The notes: a model not told the origin generated them from the letters alone. A stretch of 64,000 nt of DNA from Pelomyxa schiedti (GCA_020536535.1 JAHLWZ010000596.1:37369-101368), one strand, 5' to 3'. Counted from the stretch's first letter, positions 1 through 12,923 are shown. Made by a program: numbers and translations.

Positions 1-764
1 CCGCGCATTTTCATGAGGTCGCCGCGGTGCTTTAGCCTAGAGAGCAACGACGCCCTCGCCCGTTCCGCGGAGGTGGCGGCCATGGACTTCCCGGTGATGT
101 GCAAGCGCGACCTGGCCTGTGGCTGCCTCGACTCCCACGTGATGGAAATCGTGCTGAGCAAAGAGGCTCTCCCAATGGTATCCACAAAGGCCCCCCTTCT
201 GGTCCAGGAATACATCAACCACGACTCTGTATTGACCAAGGTGTTTGCAATTGGGCCCCATGTCTTCACCCAGACTCGTCCTTCCCTTCCCAATTTCTCC
301 AACACCGCCATTGGAACCGGAACCGAGGGTGGAACCCAGCCGCTTGCACCACTTTTATTTGACAACACACGCCCTGCTGCACCACAGGTCGAGGAGTGGC
401 GTGCTAGCCCTGCTGCGAGGTGCATGCTTCCAGACTCCAAAGGTATTGTTCATCTTCATTGAATTGATTTACTGTATCCCCCGAACTGCCTAATGCTGAA
501 CAATTTGTGTTTTGGGGTAATCTAGGTAATGCAGCACTTCAGCAGGCTCTGCCACGTGCAATTGAGGTGATGGCACAACAGCTGAGCAAGATTCTAGGGG
601 GTGCTGCTCTATTCGGCTTTGATGTAGTCTGTGACTCTGCTGTCTCGCGTGCTGCTGTGATTGATGTGAATTACTTCCCCAGCTACAAAGTCCTTACAGC
701 CTCTCAATTCCTTGAGAATTTAGCTGATTTTGCCTTAACACAACTTGAAGAAAGAAACTTGTAA
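1..764 (+). CDS. ITPK1: Inositol-tetrakisphosphate 1-kinase / Ins(1,3,4)P3 5/6-kinase (ATP-grasp), 5'-truncated by the window edge; one intron at about 442-527
   Basis: ITPK1-family motifs FPVMCK..ACG..DSHVM, PLLVQEYINHD..LTKVFAIG, RPSLPN and, in the last exon, LFGFDVV...VIDVNYFPSYK. Confidence 0.9.
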
Positions 765-819
765 TTAGAAAGTGGGAAAAAAAGAAAGTTACATTGTATT
801 ATCACAGACAAAATTTATT

Positions 820-2406
820 TTAGCAAGAGCCCGTGTGTGCCCAATCCTTCATCAGCATATCAAGTGTTGCAATAAGATTTCTCAAACCTAAAGCAAATGG
901 TTGAGTGAAGTTAATGTTGTTGGTTGCATTACCACGCAGAACATCATCGTCACACACTTCCCCGGGTTTAAGTATATAAGTCTTGGCAAAATCTATTATT
1001 CGGGCATCTCCTTTGGGAGAATCACTGTCACTGTCATAGATCTTTGATTTTGGAAGTTAGTACATAAAGGTTACCTTTACAATAAATCCCAAAGATGGTT
1101 TACCGCCAACATGGAAACGGAGTACATCCTATAGTATGGAGAATCCTCAAGGCGCTTTGCAAGTGTTTTGAACTTCTCTATAAAAAGTGGCAACAAATCT
1201 AGCCTACGTGTGGTGCCGTTTTCAAAAAACTCTCCAAGACGATCCTGCTCAATATTAAGAAAATTATGTGAATTGCTTGGTATCCAGGTTACCTTGAGCT
1301 GTTCCATTGGGAGAACCCTGCCCACATATTTGTCCTGAAATCGGTAGGTGCTGGAAGCAGGCAAAAAGACCTGATTAAAATGGGTGAGCAGTAAGACTAG
1401 AATTCTGCTTGTGTACCAACATTCCACATATGCGGAAAGCCAGTGTAGAAGATGTAGAGTTGGCGCATTTGGCAATTTGCCTTTCCCTTTTTTCAAGAGA
1501 ACACTCGTCTCCATGCTGTCTTGTCCCTGCATAAGTTTAGTTAATTCTTTCACTTTTTCAATTAACGGCGAACCTAATTTTATATCTAATATTGAGGGGT
1601 GCTTATAGGCACTTGTAAGATCTGGATGTCACAAGTTACGAGAAAAAAAGGAATGCATCCAAAATAAAAAACCTTGAATGACCAGGAACGACTGAGGAAC
1701 TGAAACGAAGCAGCATAATTAGAAGTCAATAATCACAACTTGCAAACCTTCAATATTGCGGGGAGCATGGTGACTCTGCAATTCATCAGGACTTGGTGAA
1801 CTGGGAGAAGGGTGCGCGCTGGCCTCCGCATCGGGTAGTGATTGGGAACCGCAGATTGATGGTGATGTAGTAGTGGTAGGAATTTGTGTAGATGTTGATG
1901 TTGTAATAGAGGGCGAACTTTTCTCTATTGAGCTTGGAGGTACATTTGAATGAGACAGTGAATCGCTATCACTTGTTGCATCAACAGAGGCTCCAGACGA
2001 GGGCTTGTGCTTGCGACTCCAGATTAGGGACACTGAGGAGCCAGGGTTTTCAGGCAACAGAGACTTGTCCACAACCAGTGTGCCATAGCATTTTGGTACA
2101 GCAGGAATCATCTGAGAGTGCAGCTGAATGTGCTCATATATCCCCCGTTCTCTCGTGTTGAGAGGCTTGAAAATCCTACCATCCATAAGACATGTGAATA
2201 GAGAATTCTTAAAATACACAACACACAAAAAAAAAAAAAAAAAAAAAAAATAAATAAATAAAAAATAATGGGGGAAAAAAATAGTAGAAGACAAAGAACC
2301 AAAATGCCCATTCGTTCTATTACATTCCCGGGCTGGATAATATTTCAGTGTGGCCAGCCACTTGATACTGAAAAGCCCTCACAGGGAGTGCTATATTCGC
2401 CTCCAT
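820..2406 (-). CDS. Inositol polyphosphate kinase, IPK superfamily (IPMK/IP6K-like), multi-exon
   Basis: Spliced product has YQVAGH in exon 1, [29 protein letters not shown] (PxxxDxKxG signature), SVSMLAV, RIIDFAK and DDDVLRGLRNLI. Stop TAA at 820-822. Confidence 0.88.
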
Positions 2407-2543
2407 CGGTTCTGTACACAATGCCTCGAAGTGCATTTTTCGCGTGTTGATTTTTTATGCGTTTTTCTTAGCCACTTCTGGTACGACACTTGCCTCCGTC
2501 GCTTCGCCTCCCGCACGGATCAATCGATTGGCAGAAGAAATCA

Positions 2544-3748
2544 ATGACGAAATGGGTGTTCTCAGTCTCCAGTCGTTCATCAATTTGGAATTCCCCTTGC
2601 ATGCAGTGGGGCTCGTTACTATTTAATCCTCAGAACACTGGGCCACCACCACAAACAATTGCTTTGGATATGCTGTCCTTCACGTTGTTTGAAGTTGGGG
2701 CACCACAGGCACGAGATGAAGTGCTCTTAAAGTGCATGACACATTTGACACTATGGGACCTCTCTGCTGTGGCTCCTTTTGTTTCGAGGTTTCGTTTTAG
2801 TACTAGTTTCAATAAGGTTTCGTGGAGCTAAAGTAATTTAGGAGGTGGAGGAGATGTTCCTATAATGCTACCCCGTGGAGGTACTCTTTTAATTGAAATC
2901 GAATAGCCTACTAATATTATTACCATGCACGATACCTACTTAGAGTAGAGGCTGAGAAAAGAGGAATATCTCTCAAGCCAGGAGTAGGTGAGTTTTCACC
3001 CGGGGTGTGGAGGGAGGCTTTTCTAGAGAATATTGTTGCGGAATACCATGACAATGGCTTGCTTTTGACGCGGGCTGTGGCCAAACTTGAACGGCTTGTC
3101 TCTCTCAGTGGCTGCTCTTTACCTGTCGCTATGAATGCCTCCTGGAGGCAATTAATCCGTGATAGGTACTGTGTCACAGAATTGAATAGCCGCTCCGCAC
3201 ATGACAGATACCAGTGGCATTTGTGGGGCGATGCAGACCTGTGTATATACCGGTTCACGCCAGAGTGTACAGTGAGTTTTGAAGTAACCCCTATTCCAAA
3301 CAATGGAGTATTGAACTTGAGCATTAAACTACTCACTCTCTCTGATGTTTGTGCATTGGCAATACTGATCACCCATCGGCGGATTTTCACAACCAACCCT
3401 AGTCTCACCCAAATTATGGAATCCCTGAGCTTGTCAAGTATCACCACACAGTACCGCACCAAGTCCGACATACTATCTCGCTTTGGCGAAGAGACAGCCG
3501 AGATTGAAAGAAAAAAGGCGCTTATGGCCGCATACCAAGTTGACACCACCAAGAACAAAAGCAAGAAAAAGTCGTTGGTCTGGCTGGCGCACCAGCAAGT
3601 CACAGAAGAGGCCCCCGAACATGGTATGAATGACCTTATTTATGGGGTTCTCCAAGGAACCGGCGCCGTAGTTGATGACGGAAACACCCTCGTCCTCGTG
3701 TCCCAGACCTCTCGTTACTTCTACATCTTCTACTTCTGCACATCATGA
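2544..3748 (+). CDS. Hypothetical protein with a possible N-terminal F-box-like motif
   Basis: ORFs 2490-2831 and 3005-3748 appear to be joined by an intron. DEVLLKCMTHLTLWDLSAVAPFVSRF resembles the F-box pattern. The rest is unrecognised. Confidence 0.5.
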
Positions 3749-3836
3749 CGAGAAACAAAACTCTTTTTTTTCCCTCTGCGCCCTCCCCGGTCTCACGGGA
3801 CGCTTCCCGTTCAACAAATTAAATCGGCGAACCGCG

Positions 3837-4569
3837 ATGTACCACGAAAGGCAGGCAGGGGTGACTGGGGTTGGGACATGCGCCGTGTGCGCGTGCAACA
3901 ACCTGCTTCAGAACAGGTTCTTTGACAAGGCGTCGTTCGAGGCCATTTCGCAGGGGCTGCCCGAGTCGGGCCACAGCCTCTCCCTGATCGGCAAGCGCTA
4001 CTCGATCGGGTTCTACGACGCAAACGTGATCGTTGCTGCCCTGGAAATGGCAGGAATGCACTGCTCGTGGCACGACAGCAGGACACATTATATTTCCCCT
4101 GATGATATCTGCCAGTATTTTTTTTTTTTTTTTTTTTTTTTGCCCCTTTCCCCTCAACGCAGTATACGATGCAATAGAAAATGAATTAAATGTTCATAAA
4201 GAAGAAGTTATACTCAATGCTTTTTCTTCTTACTTGCCCTCAGTAACTTCAATACAATAACACAGTGATACACCGTTTAAGGAGGCTTCCGCAGCTGACT
4301 TTGTTGGGGTTGTTATCAATGTTGGATCGCCATCAGTGCAGTTCCAGGGGGTGTCATTCGGTGACTCAGGCAACGCCATACGGCAGGCAATGGGTATGGC
4401 GAAGCACTGGATATGCTCCAGGCCCCTGGATGGAACCTGGTTTGCATTTGACTCGACACACGCAAGCCCAGATTTAATCGGCACTGTGGAAGATGCTGCA
4501 GCATTTCTCACAGCTTGCCTTGCTTCTGAGGCAACCATCATCAAGGTATTCAGGTTGCACCAGCCGTGA
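3837..4569 (+). CDS. Josephin-domain deubiquitinase (JOSD/ataxin-3 family)
   Basis: MYHERQ...TCAVCACNNLLQ, GFYDANVIVAAL and KHWICSRPLDGTWFAFDS. Catalytic Cys, His and Asp positions are retained. Confidence 0.85.
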
Positions 4570-4630
4570 GTGAATGTGCAGAAACCCTGAAGTTTTCAAA
4601 ATGTATATTTTTTAGAAAAAGTGAAACCCT

Positions 4631-5881
4631 CTAAAAGATTCTATAAGAAAAGAAGAGGTTCCAGTAGTCAGTTTCTGTGTCCATTGTGAAACGAGGGTCC
4701 CACTTAACAGCAATATCACCAACACGAAAACCAGTTATGCCATCATGCAGCGTCCAACACATCCCCTTCTCAAACTTATTGTGTATTGTTGAAACTATAA
4801 GGCCTGATTCCTTGCAGGGTAGTGCCCTTGTGCACGGGACACAAAGTGTTGGTGATGAAAAGTTCCCTGTGTGATAAACCGCGAACTGTGGACTATCATG
4901 CATGGGCCTAGCAAATGCATGTTGGCAGTCTCCAATTGGTGTGATCTTTAAAAGATGCGGGTACTCGTAGACCTTTTGTGTTGTGACATCCACAAGCTCG
5001 ATATTAAGAATGGCATCCCTTAAAATGCCCAAGGAACCATCAGGCATCCACATCACTCCCGCTGTCTTTGTGCCGCCACAATCAAACTTCTTTGTGATCA
5101 CCAAATCTTGCTTCCTGAAGCTTTCATCCAAGTCCACAAGGGTTACAAAACTGGGTCCACCAATACTAAGTGGGGCATTTATCACAACAACGAGGTCATG
5201 GCTCCGAGGCCAGAGTAAGAGTTGCAACCTGCTGACTCTTTCTTCGAACCCAGCAAAGCACAGTGGTCCCGGTTGTTGTACAGTCGTTCTCACTCCACCG
5301 CCACCACCATCGCCCACAAATTTAGTGACATGCAGCAACCCATCAGTCGCAGTCCACGCCACAAACCACCTTCTATTGCACACGAAAATTGTGGGCTGCT
5401 CAACATGGCGTCGCAAACAGAACAGAGTCGGACCGCGGCTATTAACAGTCGAGCCGCTGCTCCAGTCCACAACCGAGAACTTGTTCTGCAGCCGGCCCCT
5501 GGCGAAAGTCATGTCACTTGTGAGCACTTCTGTGCCGTGGCCTGACACACACCCACGAAATCTGTGCCGATCAGACACCACCCAGTGGTGCCGGACCAGC
5601 CCCAGGGTCGGCGACACACCCACACACAGGAAGTAGTTCTCGCCCCTGGTGTCTTCGGTCTTGCCTACGACTGGCAGGCAGAACACCGCGACCCTCTCAG
5701 ATCTGAGCACCCACGACCGCGCCCAGTACCTCACCAGCGACGGGCACCGCGCCCACTGGACCAGCGACTGGCAGCAGAAGCTTCCAGCCAATCTCACGAC
5801 CGCGGCGCAACACATCGCCATTGCCTGCGACTCGGCCGTAGTGACCGCAGGAACGCGGGGCGCGGATTGGCGCGAGCCCAT
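4631..5881 (-). CDS. Intronless hypothetical protein, probably lineage-specific, with an MGSRQS N-myristoylation-like start
   Basis: Open frame of more than 400 codons. First ATG at 5881 gives MGxxxS. No recognisable domain. Confidence 0.65.
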   Translation of the reverse strand: MGSRQSAPRVPAVTTAESQAMAMCCAAVVRLAGSFCCQSLVQWARCPSLVRYWARSWVLRSERVAVFCLPVVGKTEDTRGENYFLCVGVSPTLGLVRHHWVVSDRHRFRGCVSGHGTEVLTSDMTFARGRLQNKFSVVDWSSGSTVNSRGPTLFCLRRHVEQPTIFVCNRRWFVAWTATDGLLHVTKFVGDGGGGGVRTTVQQPGPLCFAGFEERVSRLQLLLWPRSHDLVVVINAPLSIGGPSFVTLVDLDESFRKQDLVITKKFDCGGTKTAGVMWMPDGSLGILRDAILNIELVDVTTQKVYEYPHLLKITPIGDCQHAFARPMHDSPQFAVYHTGNFSSPTLCVPCTRALPCKESGLIVSTIHNKFEKGMCWTLHDGITGFRVGDIAVKWDPRFTMDTETDYWNLFFSYRIF

Positions 5882-6108
5882 AATTGGTCTTGTCTGTGTC
5901 ACTCAAAAGGGAGCAGTGCGCGAAAAAACAGATAACCGTGTCCGGCTCGGTGTTCCAAAAGAGACGCTTAGACGTATAGTGTGAAGAGCCGTCCCCGGCA
6001 CAGCACCGACGTCGGCAGGATTTCGCGAAACTCAAAGTGCCACGAAAAAACCAAGCGCTGAAAACCCGGAACGCCAAATCAAAAAAAAAAAAAGGTTTAT
6101 TGGCACTC

Positions 6109-8912
6109 ATGGGTACGCTCAAGGTCGACGTAATTGAGGCCGCAGATCTTATTGCTGCTGACAGCAACGGCAAGTCCGGTAAATAGTGCTGCCTCGTTTC
6201 TTTTTTCATAGTTGCTTTGTTGGTTGGGGGTGGCATTCCTTATTATATTCTCCCTCACGAGTGCACGTAGATCCGTATGTAACACTGGGCCTTGTTGTCG
6301 ATGATTCCGGCAAACTGGAGAAACAACACACCAAGATTATTTACAAAACACTGAATCCCACGGTTTGGACGTTAGTCTTGCTTCTTTGTCTAATGACGCA
6401 TTTTATGAAAAGTGGAATCAATCATTTACTTTTAATGTTGATTACAAGTCTCAAGGGTTCATCTTTCGTGTTTGGGTACAATTATCCTTTTTTTCTCTCC
6501 TAAGGGCTGCTGTTAAACAGTTCCTCAGGATCACGATATGGTAGGAACGAATGACCCACTTGGGCATGTTCTTATTGAACTTGCTTCTCTCCCAGATGAG
6601 GAACCGCAAGATATGTGGTTGACCTTGCAGGTTCCCAAGAACAATGATAATTCTTATGTTACACCTATTTTTTAGGAAGTTGAACATGGGCGTCTGCATG
6701 TTAAGATGTTGTGGACACCCAGTGCTGCAGCTCCCACTGGTTCCGCATCCAAAGGAAATATGGTTATGATGCTTCGAGACGAAACGAGGTTTATATTAGG
6801 AATGACAACATCAAGTCACTGTGATTTTTTTCAGGCGACTACGTGACGCCTACAAAGCCCTAGGAGGCAATCCTGCTGCAATCCCTGAAACTCCTCCAAA
6901 CGTCGAACGATTGATTTTGAATACTGAAGTACAAATGGAGGGCCTAACAAAGATCCAAAAGGAAGTTGTTGATACAACCAGTGAACGCCTGTCCCATCAA
7001 TTGCACTCAAATAGATCGCTGACCTGGGCGGAGGTTTCTACCGGACCCCCCTTTTTTTTCTCCTAAAGGTTTCCTTATTCTCCAGACATCACTAAAAACT
7101 GCCGTTTTTGGTACTGCTGGTGGGGCTGTTGACTGTCCCTCTGTGGAAATCCCCTTCTCCACACAGATGCCACCGGTTCCATTTGGTGCTCCAATGCGAG
7201 CTTATTTCTACGTTGGTGAAGGCTTTTTCAACTGCGGTATCTTGTAGTCAACTTTATGTGGCCTCTAAAGCAATTTAAGCATCATATGGTGTACTTCCTA
7301 TTTCAACTGTGGCATCTCTTAAAGCTTGGGAGGTCATTTCACCCTCACCTTTTTTTTTTGTTTTAACTCCATAACCACAGGAAATTATACATTCGGATCC
7401 TGTACTTTTCAGGCTCAAAACCTTCACAATAAGACTTGCTCCCTTAGTGTCAAAGGCAAGTTATGCTGTGAATTCTTTCTGCTCACATTTTGTTCCAGGT
7501 TACCACGTTTGTCCATTGTGACCCCAATGACTTCCAGTTTATCCTCAACCCAAATGCAGCAATGTCGGCTGTAATGAAGAGTATTACTTGGACTACTGGT
7601 GACCGTCTAGTTTACCTGAGCTGTGACACAGAGGCAAATAAAGCAATATATAACTGGGTCAAAGCACACCACCCTGTTGAAGTCATTGAGGTCTAATGGT
7701 TCACACACCTATATGCTTTCACACTTTAACAGATCCAAGTTCCACTGCCTACACCAACTGCCGGGATCGCTTTTCAACTGAAAACGGAGCTAGAGGCGTT
7801 GTTGGCAAGGTATCCTTCACTCTCCATTTATTGCCTTCATAGTGCGTCAGTGGTCCTGTACCTCGAATAGCTTCATTTTCGCATGTCTCTGCGGGGGGGT
7901 ACATTCTGCCAGCAAAGGAAATTGTTTCTGCTTTCCACAAGTACAAGGTAATTTCTCTAACTCAAAAGAAGACGATTGAAGAGGTTGGCTAGATCCCCGT
8001 ATGTATTGATGGTAGCCAAGCTGTGGGCCAATTTCCAATAGATATTAACACCCTAATGGCCGAGTATTACATAGGTCTATTTGAATATACTTCACCCTCA
8101 CATTTTAAACATTCTTTAGGCTCTTTGGATCGATGGTGCTACTGTCCTCTTGGGACTGCGTTCTTAGTGGCACAACCCCACTGCCAGCAAGGTCTCACAA
8201 CGCTCACTGTCTCCTACAATTATGGGCACGGCTACGAGCAGGAGTTTGCATACTATGGCCTGCAAGATTTTTCGAATTGGCTCTCTGTAGGCACTGGACT
8301 CCAGTTCGTCGAGAAGGGTATACCTTTGAAACCACTTCTATAATCTAAGTCCCTGCAGTTTGTGGAGGTTGGAGCAGGGTCTGGGACTACTGCGACCAAC
8401 TGGCTCATGACGCAGTTAAGCTTCTGAAGGAGCGATGGTTCCCCTCAGGTATCATTACGATTTAGAATAAAATGTAGTAACACTGGAGCCCAAAGAGGAA
8501 AAGCCACTCTCCTATCAGAAGCATTCGGCACACTATGGACGTATGCCAACAATTCCTCTTCCTGGTGGTGCCAATATGGACAGTGCTGTTGCAGCAGAAC
8601 TTACTGCTTACATGCTTCTCAAACATAACATTTCCGCACTCTTTTTGATTCTTCCAATACGGTGTGTCTGCTGCAACAATTCCAATCTGACCCCTCTTAA
8701 AACAAAAAAAAAGAGATGTGCCCACTCTGTGTGTGCGTCTGACCTTCCAGGTTTTCAACGACCTGTATGAAGTGGATGCCTTGGCCAATGCTATATCGGC
8801 CATTAATGGGAGATACAGGTATCTAACTCACTTCCCACAATTTGTACTCACACCCAACCCCAGAGAAATTCACGTACTCAACGAGATGCCCCCTGATGTA
8901 CTGTTGCCCTAA
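6109..8912 (+). CDS. C2-domain protein fused to an aminotransferase class-V (cysteine lyase / isopenicillin N epimerase-like) PLP fold; PLP lysine replaced by Arg
   Basis: Exons 1-5 give MGTLKVDVIEAADLIAADSNGKSDPYV...KTLNPTWNQSF...VWDHDMVGTNDPLG, a Ca2+-type C2 domain. Later exons give PFGAPMRAYF, FFNCASYG, IPVCIDGSQAVGQ, YYIGSLDRWCYCPLGTAFL and EFAYYGLQDFS. Confidence 0.8.
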
Positions 8913-9079
8913 ACCTCCACTTGGAAATAGCCAACAAAAGACACCCATTTTCCACAACACAAGACTTGAACAATGTTGAATTCTCCTTGCCCCGAAAACG
9001 ACACCAATTTTTCGCTATCACACTCAACGCACTGAATGGCTGTACGGTTCCACTGAACGTCCCCCCCGCTTCCTCGCAC

Positions 9080-10247
9080 ATGCATTTACACCTAAGGGTC
9101 GCCTGCGGCCGCCCCTTCCTTCTCTCCCTCCCTCCCCCTACACAGGCCACAGTGTCATCCACAGATAGTCTCGGCGAGCAGGAGCCCGAGCTGGTGGTGG
9201 ACAGGGAGGAATGCTCGCACCTGTTTTTTTTCCCCACCAACCCGCCGCTGCGGGACCCGCCGAGCCCACACGCCACTTTGGCGTGCATCCCTGGGTCCGA
9301 GGAGGGGATCACGCTGAGGTGCCAGCTCGTGGTGCCTGAATCTTGCAATGGCCACACTGTAATCTACTTCCACGGGAATGGCGAAGTGGCTACAAACTAC
9401 TCCCACGATGTACGGGTTTTTTTTTTTTTTTTTTTCTTTTTCACGATTTTTACTCATGAATGTGAATTGGATGTAGCCTGATCCCAGGTGCATTCGAGAG
9501 TTCTTCTTGAGTTTGGGATTGAGAATAATATTTTATGAATACCGAGCTTATGGCGGTAGTACAGGCAGGGACAAGGTGTTTCATTTCTTCTAACCCCAAG
9601 GCACGATTTCTTAACTTCCCTTGTTGTACAGCTATTTATAACAAAGACCTTGGAGGATGTCTCTACCATCATTTCCTCTTTCAGTCTCATCGAAAATAAG
9701 GTAAGTTTTTGCTTTTTCTGGATGGTATTTATACCTGTAGGTTTTCGTTTTCGGTCGCTCTTTGGGGTCTCTATTTGCAATAAGGATGGCCTCAAAGTAT
9801 CCTGCATTGGCAGGAGTGATTTTGGAGAGTGGTGTTGGGGATGTGGCGAGGTTGCTCCTCTCTTTTCCTCAATTTTCAACCAACAAACCTGCAGTGTTTG
9901 GGGTAAAACATTTGTCAAGAGAGGCATAGACCTGGACAAGCTTGCGGATGAGCAACGGAAATACATTAGGCAACAGGACATTGCCGGGTTCCCAGGTTTA
10001 CTCTGGAGGATACCCTAATAACCTTTCTCTGCTAATTAATACAAAAGGTCCTGTACTGATAATGCACACGAAAAATGACAAGATAGCTCCATTCTCACAA
10101 GCAGAGCTATTCTCTCAGTGGAGGCAAGATAACCCAAAAACAACCCTCGTGGCATTTCCCAGCGGGGGCCACAACGGAATTTATGAAAGTAACAGGCCTC
10201 AGTACAAAGAAGCACTCAGAAAATTTTTTACAGAAAACTCTACCTGA
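9080..10247 (+). CDS. Alpha/beta hydrolase (ABHD13/ABHD17-like); start uncertain
   Basis: VIYFHGNGE, YEYRAYGGSTG, the nucleophile elbow FGRSLG, GVILESG, IMHTKND and GGHN. Confidence 0.85.
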
Positions 10248-10341
10248 AAAAATAATGAAATCTTTCTTTCTCGAAATGTTCCGTACAAGAAACAAACAGA
10301 GACTAGTGTTGGCAAGAGAAACAGGTTTATTGCTTCTCGGC

Positions 10342-12504
10342 TCAGAAATTCTTGCAGAGGGGCATGGACGCAACAGAAGAGTGACGGTCTGACATGTATT
10401 TCGTTTTGATGGATTGGTAGCTGCTGGAATACTTCAGCACACACGCGTGTAATTTTCGAGCTACTGGAACGATGTCCTCCTCTGAGTATTTGGAGTAGTA
10501 CGCCAAGGTCGAGGTCTGTATTTGGGCAAATGTCAGACATTATAAGACCAGGAATTATAAAACAGTCTTGATAAAAGAAAAAAACTAACCCAATTCTGAA
10601 GATGGGTTGTCCGCCTTGTAAGGTACACTGCTGCGGCGGCGATTTGTGATGGGAGATAAGCTAACAGTGAGTAATCCATAGTGCTCATCTCCACAAGGTA
10701 TTTGGAGAATGTATGGCTCACAGGATCAGCCAAACTGGCTTTTGAATACCTCCGCAGGAAGAACAAGGGGCTGAGAACAGACAACTGGAAATGCAACCTA
10801 TCGAGTATAGTGCATTCACACTTGATTCACATTAACTGATTGTCGAGAACAAAATCAATATTCACCTTGAGAATTTGTGCACGGTCATATGCGTGGTCAG
10901 AGATATAGATGAGATCGCCAACTTCAACTGCGTAAATCTCCTCAAATTTGGAAGCAATCAGGATTGAAGTAATGCCAACAAGTTGCAACTCGGTTCTAAT
11001 TGAAATAGGTTTGTAAGGTCAAGGACAGTCAAGGCTGTGTACCTTGACACCATTACTTCTCCCAAATATTTATCAACAATGTAAACAGCCAAGAAGAAAG
11101 TCTCTGAAAGCAATTTAAATTTAATGCAAACCTCAGCCTAAGGAGAGGGTTAAAAAGAAAATCCCAGTTGGAGTGAAAGATACCATCCAGTCCACCAAGA
11201 TTTCTCGCATCTTCTCGTTCAATCTCATATTTTGTTCCTGTCGGTGATACATCTGCAAGTAACAGGCGTTAAGCCTTTCTTGGACCTAATTGGAGTTGGA
11301 AAAACAAAACAGGAGTAAAAGCACAAAGTTCACCTCTTTGTCTCGGCAGTTTTCAAACACTTCCCGCACATAATCGGTGACAAAAATTGGGTCACAATTA
11401 TCGCCCAAGTCAATGTCAACAACCGGATCTACGTAAGTAAGGTGCATCTCTTGCTCTGAGATCTGAACTCCCGTGTGGCTTTGGGCTTGTTGTTGTTGTT
11501 GTGGTTGCGGTTGTTGAGGAACTGGTGCAATTCCCGAAGGGGCAATAATCGGCGCTGCATGATTGACAGTTGCAACAGAAACGGCGTTCTGCGAATGGAC
11601 AGTGTTGTTTCGGTGGGAATTGTCAATCGACATTTGCTCCGATGGGAGAAGGGAGGGGTGAGCTTCGTCCTGTACTACTGATCGGTTGTTTTGTTGTGGT
11701 ATCCCACAATTGTTTGCCGAGACAAAGAGGTGAACTTTGTGCTTTTACTCCTGTTTTGTTTTTCCAACTCCAATTAGGTCCAAGAANNNNNNNNNNNNNN
11801 NNNNNNNNNNNNNNNNNNNNNNNNNNNNNNNNNNNNNNNNNNNNNNNNNNNNNNNNNNNNNNNNNNNNNNNNNNNNNNNNNNNNNNGGGATGAAGGTAAG
11901 TGGAAACCAGCGGTACAAAACAAAAAAAACGTACTGGTTTCTTGGCTGCTGGAGCAGACTCGCTTGTGAACCTGTACTCGGGGCCAGTGTAAACAAGAGG
12001 GCGCTTTGCTGCAATTGGTTGCTGCTGCTGATGCAATGTGTTGGTGACTGGAATCTGCTGCAACACAGTTTGCTGCTGTGCCCGTGGGGGCATCATCTGG
12101 ACTGGTGGGTGTGCGGGAAGCACTATCTGAACGTTGGGGATCACGGAGGGTTGTGAAGAGGTTTGCCGAACAACCATGGGGTTGGACTTGATGTGCATAG
12201 ATTTCTTGACCTCCAAACTGCGTGTGTTCTCATCCTGTTATATAGGGAAAAAAAAAAAAACCAGGGATGTCAAGGGACCAACTTTTTGTGTGGGGGAAAA
12301 AAAAAAAAGTGAAGCGAGCAATGCACCAGTGCTCAATAAACCCAGTCAAACACACAAAAACAAACTCGACCAAAAAAAAAACCCATTAGAGTTGATGCAA
12401 AAAAACCATCCAAAGGGGACAATAAAACGCGCAAGTACCTGCAGCACAGTGGGGCGCATGGTGATGGTCGTGTGGACTCTGGACGGTTGCGCTAAAACGT
12501 ACAT
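10342..12504 (-). CDS. Mitotic B-type cyclin, interrupted by the assembly gap
   Basis: Cyclin box across exons: MREILVDWM|AEVCIKFKLLSETFFLAVYIVDKYL, LQLVGITSILIASKFEEIY, PLFFLRRYSKA and YLPSQIAAAAVYL. Also DPIFVTDYVREVF. Confidence 0.9.
11715..11786. repeat. 72-bp inverted copy of 11277-11348 abutting the gap; likely an amplification or assembly chimera
   Basis: tgccgagacaaag...ggtccaagaa is the exact reverse complement of 11277-11348 and ends at the N run. Confidence 0.85.
11787..11886. other. Assembly gap (100 N)
   Basis: Run of exactly 100 N. Confidence 1.
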
Positions 12505-12923
12505 CTCGAACCGTATTCGCACTTCACTTGCTCGAGCCTTAATGCTTCCCCTCCCTACGAGTGAGCTGGATTCGAGTGATTGAATCCTTTGGTTTTTTCG
12601 GTATAATTAAAATGATTCTACTGAAAAACCATTTAGGTTTTTTTAAAAGGCGGGAGTATTTTTGGAGTTTGTACCTCTCGGTGGTGTACACCAACCAAGC
12701 CACAGTTCGGATTACCATGATAGTACAGCGATCTGTGTTCTATCTATTACCTCAGATTCTTTTTTTGTTGTAAGAAGGCTGGCCCCTGTTTGAACTCGCA
12801 CTAATGCCCACAACCGTCGTACACCCAACTGGTCAAGGGTGTTCTCCCGTGAATTAATAGTAAATTATGATTTTTTTGGGGTTTGGCCTTGTGGATCATA
12901 CTCAGAAGACTTTTGGACCCAAC

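Noticed and set aside
11277-11786. Perfect 72-bp inverted repeat inside the cyclin gene, as a hairpin or transposon TIR
   Set aside because: The second copy interrupts a coding exon and ends exactly at the N gap, with no TSD. This is typical of a fold-back chimera from whole-genome amplification or assembly.
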